Shown here: positions 33,115 through 47,475 of the stretch, piece by piece
Numbering within the stretch: position 1 is the stretch's first letter
How the letters are laid out: every line of letters starts with the position of its first letter
Virus record (IMG/VR): IMGVR_UViG_3300021387_000118
Span: 13,168-77,167 of that record
Length of the DNA: 64,000 bases
Origin: a virus
Direction: 5' to 3' (one strand)
Position numbers and translations under genes: made by a program
The notes under the pieces: model-generated
What the model was told of the DNA's origin: nothing
The model's database searches: none
Seen by the model: only the letters and a program-made list of their open reading frames with translations

Positions 33115-36100
33115 TTATACTGAGAAGCAGACATCGATGCCAAAGCTACTATATGGATAGCCATATCCCCACATGTTACCAGTATAAGAAACATAGTGGA
33201 AATATTCGCTTGAATTTCTCATAGGAGATCTTAACCACCAATCTGAAGGTGCTAACCATAATCCGCCATTACTAGCTGTAATAGTCCCAGCATAACCAGA
33301 TTGATTAATAGAAGAATATACATGTTTACTTGCATCATCTGCTGAAATATAAATATAATACATGGAATTTGTATACCACACATCTCCAGGAATTACGTTA
33401 TTTGAGGAAACCGTAGTAGGATCTTCAGAAGACGTAAACGCACGAGATCCATCCGGTACATTTATATTATTATATTTGCTTCTTGTTTGAGGATTTGTAA
33501 ACCAGGCAATAAATGAATCTTTTTCTCCTTCTTCGGGATATGGAGATGTTGAGTTGGCAGTCACTTCATAAACAGAAGGAACATAAATATATGTATCGGC
33601 TGCCACAATTTCAGTTGAATTATTTCCGGCACTTGATTTAACACTAACTTTCTTTAAGATTGATTGATAGACAGTCGGTAGTGCATTGAATATTCTTGTA
33701 TTTAAGAATTCATACAGTTCGGTATCTGGAAAACCACCAGCGTTCGTACTGTTAGTGTTCATAATATAACCACAATCCAATAGGCTATTGGCTATAAATG
33801 AAAGTCTCGCATACTGACTAGTATATCCAACTCTAAATCTTTCGCCTGATCCAGTATATTCCATTCTCCATGTTTCATGAGGCCATGCAGCTAATTCTCT
33901 GGCATTTGCATCACCAAGATCAGCATACCAAATCTTACACCAATGTACCCAACCTTGAGCATAATTAATATGACCTCCATCAGAAGCTTTTATTGCGCCA
34001 AATACAAGAGGTATATCTGTTGATGTAGACCTATTCCTAACTAACTCGGAAAACGTAACATTTGTATCATATGTATATCCATTTAAATTAAAAGCATATA
34101 TATATAAAGTATCCGATCCTTTTAAATGACGAAGAACACAAATACCTCGGTGATTTGTCGCGCCGACAGTCTGGTTTTTATCTCCCCATTGAATACTAGG
34201 CGATCCATTATTATATCTCAATCTAAATCCTTCAGAGCCATTTTCTTCGAAACATGATACGAGCGTTCTATTATTTGTAGTCCCAACAAATTCAAAGTCA
34301 ATAGCTAAAGTGAAAGATTCAGCATCAGCATTGAATAACTAAATATCAGTATCTAAGTAGTCAGATGTTCCATTGAAATATTGTTCAGAACAAATCAATG
34401 CTGATTCGACATTATCAAATGAGAAATCATGTCCAACAGTGATATCTTTATAGTCTTTAATATTATCTTCGTCATTTATATATGCATCAATATTAATACC
34501 AGAAGCATTACCAAGACCATAGATTTGAGCAGGAGTCATATTATTAAGGAGAGTACCAGAAGTTGGAAGAGTAGATCTATCCCATATTGCATAAACATCT
34601 GTATTTCCAGTAATATATCCTGTGGATTTATCCCATCCTGCAAAAACATTATAAGTATAAGAGGATTCTTCGTCTGTTCTTGTAGGTCTATCCCATTCAT
34701 AAACCGCTTCATCTCCATACCGTTTTTCAACACTTCTAAGAGGAACACCTGGTCTAGAATACCATGTTACAGTATACGTTCTGATTGTTGGAGTATATAC
34801 TGCTGTAATTGTTCTAGGAGCAAGCATAATGGATTCGATTTCATCCCAACTGCTAAATGTATAAGTATATTGAGCATCACTTATTTTCGTAGGAGCTTGA
34901 ATTTCACCAGTAGCAACTGGATCTGGAGGATTAGAACCACGGTCAACATAAATTGAACATAGTTCAGTTCCATCATCATTAACATATGTAGCCAAATACT
35001 GTTCGACAAGATAATTCGGATTATATGTCACTTCAAGATCTGCCCATTTCGCACCATATTTTTCCAGTTCTTTTAAACGAACAGCACCATTAATATAAAC
35101 ACTACCAGTAAGAGTAGAAGAACTAAGATTTAATAATGAATTCAGTATAGTTGAATCTGGAACAGTCCAATTCAAATCATATAAATAAGCAACTTCAAGA
35201 GTGTCAATTACATCGTTAATAATTTCAAGACTATTTAATGTACCACCTTGTAAAGTTAATTGTTCAATGTAATCCATAGAACATTCAAAATCCTCAAGAT
35301 CATTAAGATTTCTCATTACCAAAGCATTGAGTGTTGATGGGAGATGAGCAATCTAAACCTTGCCATTTATGGCGAATGTTATACTACTTATCCTGGTTCC
35401 ATCAGCATATAATTTAATTAAGTTACTGCATTCAGCAAGATTAAGCGTTCCCGTCAGATTTCCACAGTTTCTTAAATCAAGTTCTTCAAGCAGCTTATTT
35501 GAACCAAGAGTTAATGATGTTAATCTCGGATTTGAGTATCCTGGGGTAGTATTACCAAGAACAAGTTTACGTAATTTGGTTGCCATAGAAAAGTTATTAG
35601 CGGCAATATAACAAGCAGATAAATCATTGAGCGCAGAAATTCTATTTGCACCATAAATTGTAACCTGAGTATCTGTTGTTGTACTAACACTAAAGTTCAA
35701 TACAACAGTTTCTCCGGCTTTTGCTCTAATTTGTCTCTGATCACCATTACCAAACATGGCAGATACATACATATCTTGGAATGGAGTAATACTTAAAGAA
35801 TAGTTTTTCGGAACAACAACATCGTTGCCAGGATCATAACACCTAAATGTAATACGGTTATTGTCACCAACAACACTATTCATCAAATACTTTGTACCAA
35901 AATACATTTCTTGATCTCTTACCCATTGTCTTCTCTGATATTTCTTTCTTCCTTGCATCATATCTCTAAGGTATTGAGTATCATGTTTTGGAATAGAATT
36001 ATCAACGGATTTTCCTGTATAAGTTCTGATGTATTTTCTTTCTATATCAAGTCTCCAAATTTCTTCTGGATAACAACCTTGAAATCTATCAAATTGATTA

Positions 36101-39100
36101 ATTAAATTCGTTGCGCTAAAACACTCTGCCGAAACAGTATTAAATGTTTCTGTTATTTCATTAGACAGAAGATCTCTTAGACGGCACCAGAATACAGATG
36201 TTGCACCATTAAATACCCATCCAGAAGATGAATTACCATCTATGTTATAATCAGTATCTTCTTTACCATATGGGAATATCAATTCTCCGTTGTTATTAAT
36301 TCCTATCGCAGTATCAGTGTCATAGCACCACAAATCAAACGCATACTAAGTATAATAAGTCTTTTCTGGATCAATAGCGGTATCTTCGGTAGGAACATAT
36401 TCGTCGTCGATAAGTTCGCAATAAATATGAAGCAATTCCTCTACTGGTCTAGATACCTCTCTATATATTCCTGTTTTTGCGAAATGCCAGAATGTATTCT
36501 TTGCCCTATTATCCATCATGGTGTAATAAAGCGTAAATGAGTAGAAAAACTCGGCAGCACTTCGTACACACCATTGATCTAGCTCCTGAACAAATTGTTC
36601 ATTAGTAGAAGTAATCACCCATTTATAAAACGCTCTCCATACCTTTTCATTAGTCTTTACTTGTTTTTTGCCATAACCAGAATAATCATTTACAAGTTTG
36701 CCATCACGATAATCACCGCAACAAGCATATCTGGGTTCAAACGAATGATCTCCATCAAATCCTTCATTATATAAACACCAAATTCTCATGTTAAGATAAC
36801 CAGTCTCATCACCATCATATTTAGAGTCTCCTGTTTCATTAATAACATGAATTGTACCTTGTTGGAACAGAAGAGCATCGGCCTAATCTGCCGGAACTGG
36901 GAATACATGGCTAGAAATACTTGTCTCAGACACAGCTGTTACTACAAGCTCACCTTCCTTATCTAATGTTTTAACAATGTGAAAATGCTCATAGTCTAAT
37001 GTTCCGTCACCAGTATCATAAACACCAGTCTGGAAAGTTGCATTGTTCTTTGTGTTATCAGATATTTCTATTGTAAACTCGTTCATATCCTCTGGGTCAT
37101 ATGCACGAGTATAGTCTGTCTTCTTTGAATCGCCAAGATTACCAAGAGCGTAAAAATGCCATTCATTATCTTGGAATTCATTATGAGTAGTCACATCTGG
37201 ATTGGTTTCTTTAATAAATAAAATAGCCGGAACAAATTCCATGTCATTCTTAATACGAGGATCTCTTCTTTTAGCTGGAGAGGTGTATGTCAAGAAATCT
37301 GTGTATCTCTTTTGTAAAAGTGCATTATTTGCATTTTCGCTAGAGGCGATGTTTACCTTGAGATTAAAGAAATTATTAGGAATAGATGTTCTGGTAAGAC
37401 TAACTTTACCTTTAGTACCTTTCCAATCATCGCAAGCTTCCGTATATGCATTTTCCGTATTATACCCAAGAGTTACCCTAGAAATATAATCTGGTTCTGG
37501 ATCTTTAATCTTATCACTTGGATTATGTCTGCCATCACAGTTAAATAAGAAATCAACGTTTCTACCAGAGTTACCATAGTTATCAGATGTTGTTCCCTGA
37601 CCAGAGTGCCATCCATTTTCGAAATACCAGTTATCATAGTATTCATCACCAGGATAAATATCTCCACCAGGAGCATGAATACATCTAAGGTTTGACTTTA
37701 CAAATGTCTTTTTACTAGTCGTAAAATGATCAGTTTCCAACATAAGAACTTTTACATTGGGAACCATCGGAGCGAGTCTTTCTGGATCAATAATGCCGTT
37801 AGTATTATAAGGAGAATACTCGCCAGTTTCAGTATTGTAGTAAATACTATTTCTATCATATCTCGCAAGCATAGTCGTTGAATCCCTAGAGTCTGCAATG
37901 AAGTTTCTCATAACTCCCTCGGAAGAGAGTGAAGTAGAATAAATTTTCAACCTATAAATTCTTACGTCACAATAATTAGAACCAATTACAATAGGCTTAG
38001 GCTCATATTGATAAAATCTATCACTTCTATCATAAATATATGCCTTTGCTGGAACACCGTCTTCATACGACATTACAAAAGCTGTAGATGTTTCATCATC
38101 TAAATCAATTGCATCGATATTAATATCCATTTCAATAATATCTTCTTCGCCATATGGCATATATAAATATGTATTCGTAGCAGCTACCATTTCAGAACCT
38201 TCGCCAGATACATCAACATCACTGGCTTTATTCGTTTTAAGCCAACCGTTATGCGCCCCCATCTGAATACCCATGCTTACGGTTACGGTAGTTTCATCAA
38301 CTGTCTGACTTCTGGTTTCTACATTACTAAACCAGACAGCATCTGGATCTTGAACATTTTCTGTCATAAATACAATTTTCATTTCAGATCCAGTTCTTGA
38401 CGGATTATTATCAACACCACCATTAAACATCATATAATCAAATGAAGCAGTAGTCCCAGCCTTAATTAAGAAATATGAGTTACCATCCTCATCGGTTTTA
38501 TAGCCACCATTTGCCCAGTCAAAGTTGTCTGACACAGACATATGATAATTATCATTTTCCCAAATCCTATTTTCGGAACTATTAGTGATACCAACTGGAT
38601 TAAAGTCTAATTCAAGTCCACCAGTAATCGGAGCAACATCAATGCCAAGTTCAGTAACATTAACAATTATTGTCACGGACGTATTACGACATTCAATGCG
38701 CAAAGTATGTTGACCAACAATGTCAGATTTAAAACTCCATGTACCTTGAGATGTTTCCATAGTATCTGTTCCAACAAGAACATCATCAACGTATCTTCTC
38801 ACTACCGGATAATTGGTAGTAGGATCGTAAACATTATAAATAATTGGTAACGTATCAAACTGTCTTACCTTGGCAAGTCCATGATAGTCATATCTATAGC
38901 TACATCCGATTACAGGATTTTTATAATTACCCTGAGCATCAACATTTGGGTCATACCACATAAGATCTTTATAAATATGATTTGTTTCAATGTCAGTGCC
39001 GTTAATCGTAGCGGTAATCCATACATCTAATAAATAAGAACCATGTTCCTGCGCGGGAACAGTGTAAGACTGTAAGATACCTGAAGAACTAGTTGTAATA

Positions 39101-41463
39101 GTTTCTTCTACTCCATTTAATTTAAAATGGATGGTCTTATTAACAGCGCCATAAGGTGTATATGTAAACGATGCAGATCTGCCAATTTCAATAGTATATC
39201 TATCGTTATAGTCAGACTCAATCCTTACATCAACCTTTTGTACTGTAAATGTTCTAACGGCAGTACTCCCGCCTAAGTCTGTTACATTCAAACTAAATCT
39301 CTGCGTTCCAATATTACAGTAAGAAGTTACATCAATTGAGTTTAATCCCTAGATACAATCGTCACTTGCAATAACAGTATTTCCAAGTTTTAATGTATAT
39401 GTACCGTCAATCTCTTCTTTCTAATCATCGTTCGTGACAGAAGAATATCTAAACTCAAGAATAACATCATCATTCGGAGTAACAATAAGAGGAGATGGAG
39501 TAACTCTTTCAACAACAAGATTTGTTGATGTCTGTTGACCACCGCCGCCACCTTGAATAACGAACTGACTAACGACTTCTTCCTCTTGACCTTTAACCCT
39601 ACGAAGTCTATAAACATTATCAGTTTCTTGACCACCTACTTCATAAGTGCCATAATCAGCATAATATTCATATCCCTCGGTATCTATTTCACTTACTGCC
39701 TGTTGTAATGAAGTAACAGTATTATTTAATGAGAGGATGTTAGATTGATTTTGAGTTATTCTTGAATCTAATCCATCAACCTTTGTATTAGTATTGGTTA
39801 TACTCAGATTTAAAGTGGCAACGATAGTGTCAAGATCTTCCTGAGAAAAACCAATCTATACAAATTTATTATCCATATATCTATAATGGGCAAGGTTATT
39901 CCCCACACCAAACTAGACATAATAATCCTTTGTATCACTGGGATTCACGACAAGATTATCAAATCCCCAATTATATGTATTTTCACCCTATTCAATAGGG
40001 TAGTAAACAATCAGCTTAGAAGTATCAAGAACATACTTATTAACATAATCCGCAGCATTAGCTTCTCTGGCAATAGGATCGAAGTAATAGTCAATGGTAT
40101 TTTCATAAGCAATTACTTCGCCACTTCCACCGGAGATTAATCTCCAATCATTATCAATCCATTTATAGTATTGATATTCACCATCATTGCTCAGAATATA
40201 ATCAATACTTGGAATTCCTGGATCTGGTAATTGATCTACAACAACAGTAGAAGAGGAACTTCCAACTTCTACAAAATCATCATTAATCCATCTGTAATGG
40301 GAATACGTTCCTAATTCATTAAGAATATAATAATCAGTAGTCTCATCACCAGATAACGGCAACGATTCCCTAACTTCCGCAGAAGAGCCGGAGATCATTA
40401 CCCATGTGTTATTTAAATATCTATACTGGGTAATTTTGCCATTATCATTCAATAAATAATTGACATTAGTGTCTGGATCAGGCGGTAAACTAGTAACCAC
40501 AGATGTCCTTGTATTGGCATAAGTATACGGATCTATACCAATATTATTAGGATTATAAACGCTTGGCTGCATAGCCGAATCTGCCTTAGATAATGTAGAT
40601 TCAAAGTCCGCATTAACCATTGGTCTTGAGATTGCCCCAATACCAATATTCTGCATAGCTGAGTCGGCCTTTGCTAAAGTTGCTTCAAAATCAGCATCAA
40701 CCTTGGCACGACTGATTGAACCATTATCAATACTTTGCATAGCAGTATCTGCCTTGGCAAGGGTAGCCTCAAAATCTGCGTTAACCTTTGCACGAGAAAT
40801 GCTCCCATCTGGTATTGCCATGTCAAGGTGACTAACAGTATCAAGAGTTTCCTGTACATCAGGTGTTAACATATTGTACGTTACAGAATTTGCATCGATC
40901 TACTGCATTGCGGTATCAGCCTTTGCCAGAGTCGCTTCAAAATCTGGGTCAACCTTTACTCTGGTAATAGTTCCGTCCTCAATTACAATATTAGAGAGAA
41001 TACCTTCTTCACGATATCTCTCAATAACGTTGTTGACATCATTCTGAATCATTTCATCAAAATCTTCCGGCGAAATGGTCTGACCAGTAACAGCTTCGAT
41101 AATCATTTCCATTACGGTTCTATTCATTTCGACACTATGAGCATCGTCAACAACCATATCCTTAGTAATACTCAAACTAAGGTAATTTGTGGTCGCTCTT
41201 ACCTCATCGTTTTTAGTTCCATAAAGAACAAGGATGCATTCACCTGGCTCAACTGTAGATGGTAAATAAACCATATTATCAGTAATATAATCCATTACAG
41301 CATTTTTACCTTCTTGAATGAACTGGGCGACCTTGGATAATCCATCCCAATCCTCGTTAAAATTAAACTTAAAACGAATGAATTTTTGCGTACCAGACAC
41401 TATGGGCTTTAAATTGGTAACTAGCTTAAGCTATTGCCCAACAACGTTTATTAATATATCCAT
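33115..41463 (-). CDS. Giant (~2780 aa) tail/baseplate receptor-binding protein: N-terminal domain, 4 ISRAKV.ADFEATLAKADTAMQ repeats, ~800-aa beta-rich middle, LRR-like segment, C-terminal lectin-like domain
   Basis: RBS AGAAAGGAAAG before the ATG at 41463. Fragments 40900-41400, 39988-40872, 36883-39291, 36346-36789, 35353-36333, 34339-35322 and 33115-34221 all have end mod 3 = 0 and are joined by TAGs. I translated every gap and found no TAA/TGA. TAA at 33115. Confidence 0.6.
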
Positions 41464-41489
41464 ATTGTCTTTCCTTTCTATATTTAGTT

Positions 41490-44400
41490 ACTTAATTTAT
41501 CTTCGAGTTCTTTGATTTTATTCTTCAATTCCTAAATCTATTCATGATCATTCTTGATCATCTAAAACATAAGAGGAACAACTATGTTGCTATTCCACAT
41601 TTCTGGTGATCCATCATCGTTATGATCAATAGCAATTGGCATAATATCTTCCCAGTCCTCAACAATAAAACCAGGGATATCTTTATCATATCTTTGATCT
41701 GTATCTGCGATATAACCGTCTTTATATTTGAACCAATACACAGGAACATCATATAATCTATCAATGTCATTATTAGTCATGTAATCTGATATATTTTTAT
41801 ATCTGATCGAAGATGATGGCGCTCTACACATAAATCCGGCACTATCAACACGTAAATTAGGAGTATCTGTCTCGGCAACAGTATTCCACATTGTTGGCAG
41901 ATAAACTGTTCTCAATGTTGCAGTTCCAGTTATGTCTAAACCACTTGTACCAGTGATACCACCATGAACCATAAAATTACTTAACGAATGAATAGTATTA
42001 TCAGTGGAATCGACAGAAATTATATTAGTAGTATCTACCACGTCGGCTTTCATTATTCCATTAGAAATAGCAGTGGTTGATTTCATTCCAACACCACCTA
42101 TTGAATATTGACCATCAGCACTTATGTATTGATAATCTACACCGCCAACTTGATTAAATGTAACACCATTAATAGTGCCACCACTGAGAATATTACCAGA
42201 AAGTGTTCCGCTTATATTAATATTTTTAATCTTAAGATCACCATTACTATCAATAGTACAACCACCAATAATCCCAGAAGTCGCCACAATTTGACCACGG
42301 ATTATTGCATTATTAGCTGTCAACAAACCATCCTTATTTATCATAAGATAAGTTTCTTCATCGTCAGTACTGTCACCTAATCCAATATTGGTCAACACAA
42401 AATCTCCAGATTCAATTTCTGTAAACTCTTGATCACCCACAGTGATAGTACGTTTTGTAACACCATTAGCAGTAGTAGCAGTAGACACGGTAACATCATC
42501 TGTATATAAAATGTTTGCACCTCCAGTCAAATCAGTAACATTAGTAGGTATTGTGGGAGTGTTACTGATTGAACTATATGGTATCTCAACATTATTTCCA
42601 AGAGTTAAAGATGTGGCATTAATATTTCCAGTAATATCAGCATCAGATGCATATAGATGTCCGGCATTCGTCACATAAAATGGAACACTAACAGTATTCC
42701 CATCATCATTCTTAACGCCGAAAACTGTATCTCCAGTAAAGCCATCAATGATCGATTCTTCCTCTTCATGTATATACCCACTCATAGATTCAACAGATAA
42801 TTCAGCCTATTCTCCATCCTTTTCGGCTGTCATATAAATAATATAATGCCCCAATGGAGTAGCAGATGGCATAGTCACGCTAAATTTAAAATCGGTAATA
42901 TGATCACTAATAGGAAATGACAACGCATAATCATCACCATACTCGGCAGATTCAAAAGTATAATACACCTTATCCTCTAAAATAATTCCTTCTTCTTGCG
43001 CTTGTTGTTCTTCTTCTGGAGTATGATATAATGTAGCCTCTCCACCAGTTATCAAATCATTTTCTGGATAAGTAGTCGAGAAATTAATTGTATAACCATA
43101 AAGATCTCCATCATATGTTATGACAGCAATTTTCTCTTCAATGTTACCATTATCGTTAGGGATAAAAGTAAAACTGCCATCTATATTCTTAACAATTCTA
43201 GAACTACCTATGCATTGCAGCATAACTGTGCGACCATTTGACTCAGAATACAAACATCCTTTCAAAATATTCCAACCGCCAATATCTCCACTTGGAGAGT
43301 TGAGAGTCCCTGCAAAGTAAGCATTCGATTCCCACACTGGATCATCTTTAGTCCCAGTATTTGTATTAATAACGCTAAATCCTGGAGTTTTGAAATTTCC
43401 GCTTAGTAAATTCAAATAACTTCCTGTGGTAGAAAACATGCTATCATCAGATGGGGCTTTATAATTATTGCTAACAATTTCATTAATCGCCAAATGTTTT
43501 GCAAGAATTGAAGTGGTTAAAAGATTGCCGCCAGTAACAGTAGTATCACCAGAGTCACCCTCTGTAATCCATGTTTTTATAATTTGATCATTACTAGCAC
43601 CAGTGTTGATAATCCAATCATTTACATCACTAATTGGTCCAATAACATTTTGATAAGATTCCATCATGGAGTCAGCAGATGAATTCTCAATATATGTCTG
43701 CATTCCACCCTATAACAACTTAATCAAAAAAGATGAATCAATAGAGTATGATCCATCAAGATGTTTGCTGTTAGAGTATGCAGATATTTGACTATCACCA
43801 ACTCCAGTTGATAACTGGAATAAATCAACAAAGTCGTTTTGTTTCGATTTATATTGAACGATACTGGAGAAAGTAATATCAATATCAGGCTCAATCATAA
43901 ATGGATTAAGACCAATAGATATAACACGAAGCTTGGTTAAATAGTTAATATTATTTCGTTCGTATTTTTCCGGCTCGGTAGTGAGCGGGTTTTTCTCCAT
44001 ACCGATTGTAATATAGTTACCGATATCTAACTACCTTTGCCAGCTTTTAAATTCTGGCATTAAGAACAGGTTACTCTAAGATGTTACCCATTTCCACTGT
44101 GGATGAGAGACAGCATATAGCTCTTCCTGCGCAGCTTTATATAGTTCATCTTCAGTATCAACAATTTCTTGACTAGTAAAGATATCAGTTATAATCATGT
44201 TTTCATTTACATAATCTGTATGAACATAGTATTCTTTAATAAGATCAAGTTCAGCTTCTGTAAATCCGTAAATTTCATTAGCCATATTACCTTGATCCTT
44301 TAAGTCTTGCATCTGTTCAGATAATGATTTAAGTTCTTGTAATTTATCTGCTTTCTCTTGTTCTCTCTATGCCTTTACTTCTTCAGCCTCTTTTAATGCT

Positions 44401-46577
44401 TTATCATACTTTTGATATAGTTCGTATTTACGTCTATGAAAATCATCGTCATATTGATTTGTCCCGCCAGACTCCTCATCACTACCTTCTTCTGAATCAT
44501 CTTGAGTTGTCGTAGAGGTATCATTTGTAGGATCTTCATCTTGATTGTTAGGATCTTCACTGTCTTTGCCACTATCTGGATCTATTGTATATCCTTTTGC
44601 CCATAATGATTGTATTTTATTTTTAAGATCAGTAATACGCACATCAATTTCATTGAGGCCATAACTGTCACCATAAGTTTTAAAGTTATACATGTAATTT
44701 TCCAAATATTCTTTTTGTCGTTTATATGATGTTTTCTTTTCTCTTTCAACCTGATCGTCAGTTTTTTCTACAAATTTACCATTTTGAATTTGACGATTTA
44801 ATAAAACAATATCAATCTATCCTAAATGAGCATTATCTTCCTATGACTAAATTAAATAATCTTCTTTAACAGGATCAAAATAAATTAAATTCAAAGCATT
44901 CAAAGGTTTACTAAGAATAACAGTGGTAATATAAAGATATTCATTCCAATCATCTGATTGTTCAATGGCAGCAATACTAAAGTTGTTATTCTCATCCACA
45001 TAAAATTGTTCTAACCCTCTAAGTATAGCTTCATATTTTTTTCTTTCTTCTTCTAGTTCTGTTTCAGAGAATGACTTGTATTGACTTGGATCTGCACCAT
45101 CAACAGGAACACGATCTACAATGTAAGACAACTCGTCAAGCTTATCATAATAATCAACTGCTAAAGTTTTATATTGTTGTCGAAGCTGTTCTCGTTGTTC
45201 AACCCAGTTATAGTATTTATCTATAGTAGACTGATCAAAGTGATCAGTATTCATATAATACGAAAGATCCACCATAGTATCCTCACCAAGATTGGCATAT
45301 TTTATGTCAAGTTCATCTCCACCATTCACATGAAAGACTGTTTTTATTGGATCTTCATTTGACCTCTCAACGCTGTTCTGAATGTTCGCAAAGTTAATAA
45401 TTATATTAGTATCAACCCCAAGATTATTAACATTATAACAATTTACCAGTTTATTAATTGTATCAAAAACAAATATACATCGAAAATATGGACTTGCTTC
45501 TTGCATCAGGAAATTGTAAATGTTAGAAGAGGAGATCTCAAAACGACCAACCTTATCAGGCAGCGGTTTTAGGTCGTCCTCATCATCTGACTCGGATAAA
45601 ACACTTCCATCAACAAAACCAACATTCCAATCACTATCTTCAAGGACAGCGTCCATCATCGATAATTCCTTTTGCCTTTGAAGTTCTTTCTGTAACATTT
45701 CCGGTATAGTTAAATTTGGCAATGTTTCTGGCTAATCAGATGCGATTTCTTCTGGATTTTCATTAATAACTGTCTGAGTCAAATCAATATCTGAAACATC
45801 AAGATATTCGATCAATTCAGGATATGACTGCGTTAGGAAATAAATTACTTGCTATTTTTCTAGGTTCTTTTTCCTTTTTCCAATAGTATATGATCTAAGA
45901 GTTTGCGCACGTTTTTCATCGGTCATATTATTTGCGCAATTTTCAATAGCCTGAACAACAGTACCAGTATTATATGTCACTCGCCACGATCTATATAAAG
46001 TTGGATAAGATGGCAAAATGGCAATCAGATCCTGCTTTGTCCAAGTGTCATCTACCATATTTATTACTTCCTATAATTCAGTAGTGTCTCTGTAAAACTT
46101 CATATTCGACCAAGAAAACAATGAGTCAGATCCATCTAATGCCTTATAAACATTATCAGTAGCTAACATTTCAAGAGATGAATTAGTACCCATATTAATT
46201 TCCATTCCCTTGATAAAATAATTGGCTAATTCAATTTCCAACGATTCCGCCCTGACAGACATAACCTCGGAATTTCCATCGCCACTGATTGACGGCGGTT
46301 CATAAATTTTAAACCATCCAACTCCAGGCACTTCCAATTCCATCAAATATTCTATTCTGTGATAAAACTAACTGACTTTACCATCTTTCATTTTATTAAC
46401 ATCAAATGTTAGAACAGCAGTGTTATTTAAATTAATATCCAATCGGCAAGTGCTTTCATCAACACCATTTAATACGCCCAATAATCTTTTGCCAGGATTT
46501 GCTAAAGCAATATATGTAGTATTTATATATCCGTATTTATTATAGCTATCAAATAAAGGATATGATCTAATAATCAT
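41490..46577 (-). CDS. Tal-like tail tip / tail-associated protein (~1695 aa) with C-terminal peptidase-S74 intramolecular chaperone domain
   Basis: RBS GAAAGGTGGGTG before the ATG at 46577. Fragments 46368-46577, 46071-46346, 45852-46058, 44847-45722, 44367-44705, 44076-44312, 43710-44000, 42807-43703 and 41562-42785 all have end mod 3 = 2 and are joined by TAGs. The C-terminus (SSSIRYK...RYDKDIPGFIVEDWEDIMPIAI) resembles the auto-cleaving chaperone of tailspikes. TAA about 41490. Confidence 0.6.
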
Positions 46578-47409
46578 TAATATGCACCCACCTTTCTAGG
46601 CTCTCTCCATGTAAACGTTACATTTGCACCCTGAGTAACCGTAAAGATATTTTCGCCGTTATATAATTTAGGCCAATAAAATTGTGTAAGATCAGCAATC
46701 CCAATGTCTGAAAATGCAATATCATTTCCATCCTGATCGTATATGAGATATTTTTGACAATCAATATTTACTTCGGTGTTGGATGGGATTGTTAGCGTTA
46801 ATGAATTATTACCATCTGTAACAGCAGTAATAGTAACTTCACCAGCTGAATCACTAATAGTTACAATAGGATATAATTCACGTTTCCTTTCCGCTGAATT
46901 AACAACTATCTGTAATTGATTATCATCCTAAGTACTTGAAATTTGTTTCTTTTTTTCTTCAGTCCATGCGAACGGCGAATTAGTGTGAAACGTACAATTT
47001 AATCCAATAATGTCTCCATTCCATACCTATGATTGAATGTCGCTAAACACCCCAAAATATTCATACCTTGTAAAACTTTCCAGATCATCGTCGTACATTT
47101 TTAATAAAGTAGGATAGTCGGGAGATGTGAGCCACGCAGCTATCTCATTTACTTCATATTCAGTAAAAATCATACCTTCATCATCTGGAAATTCGCAAGG
47201 ACTTTTTATGAATGAAACATCGAACGACAGAACGTCGGACCACTAAGTTCCCATATTTGTTGTAATAGATCTATATCTATTTAGTCCACTTGAAAGGACT
47301 TCGCGAGATAATCCCAATGGGATTTCTTCGCTGACAGATATGCCACCAATCATTAAATTATAACTGGTAGAATTAATTCCATCATAATCAAAACTAAATG
47401 TTCTCAATT
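46577..47409 (-). CDS. Distal tail protein (Dit)-like
   Basis: RBS AAAGGAG with an 8-nt spacer to a TTG at about 47409. Protein starts LRTFSFDYDGINSTSYNLMIGG... as Dit proteins do. The TAA overlaps the Tal ATG (TAATG). Coordinates approximate, because my hand translation has a 1-nt inconsistency. Confidence 0.45.
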
Positions 47410-47475
47410 TTTCATCTCCTTTCTTTTCCTATAAGAAATAGAAGAGTGCGCTTTGACACGCACCCTTCTTAATTA

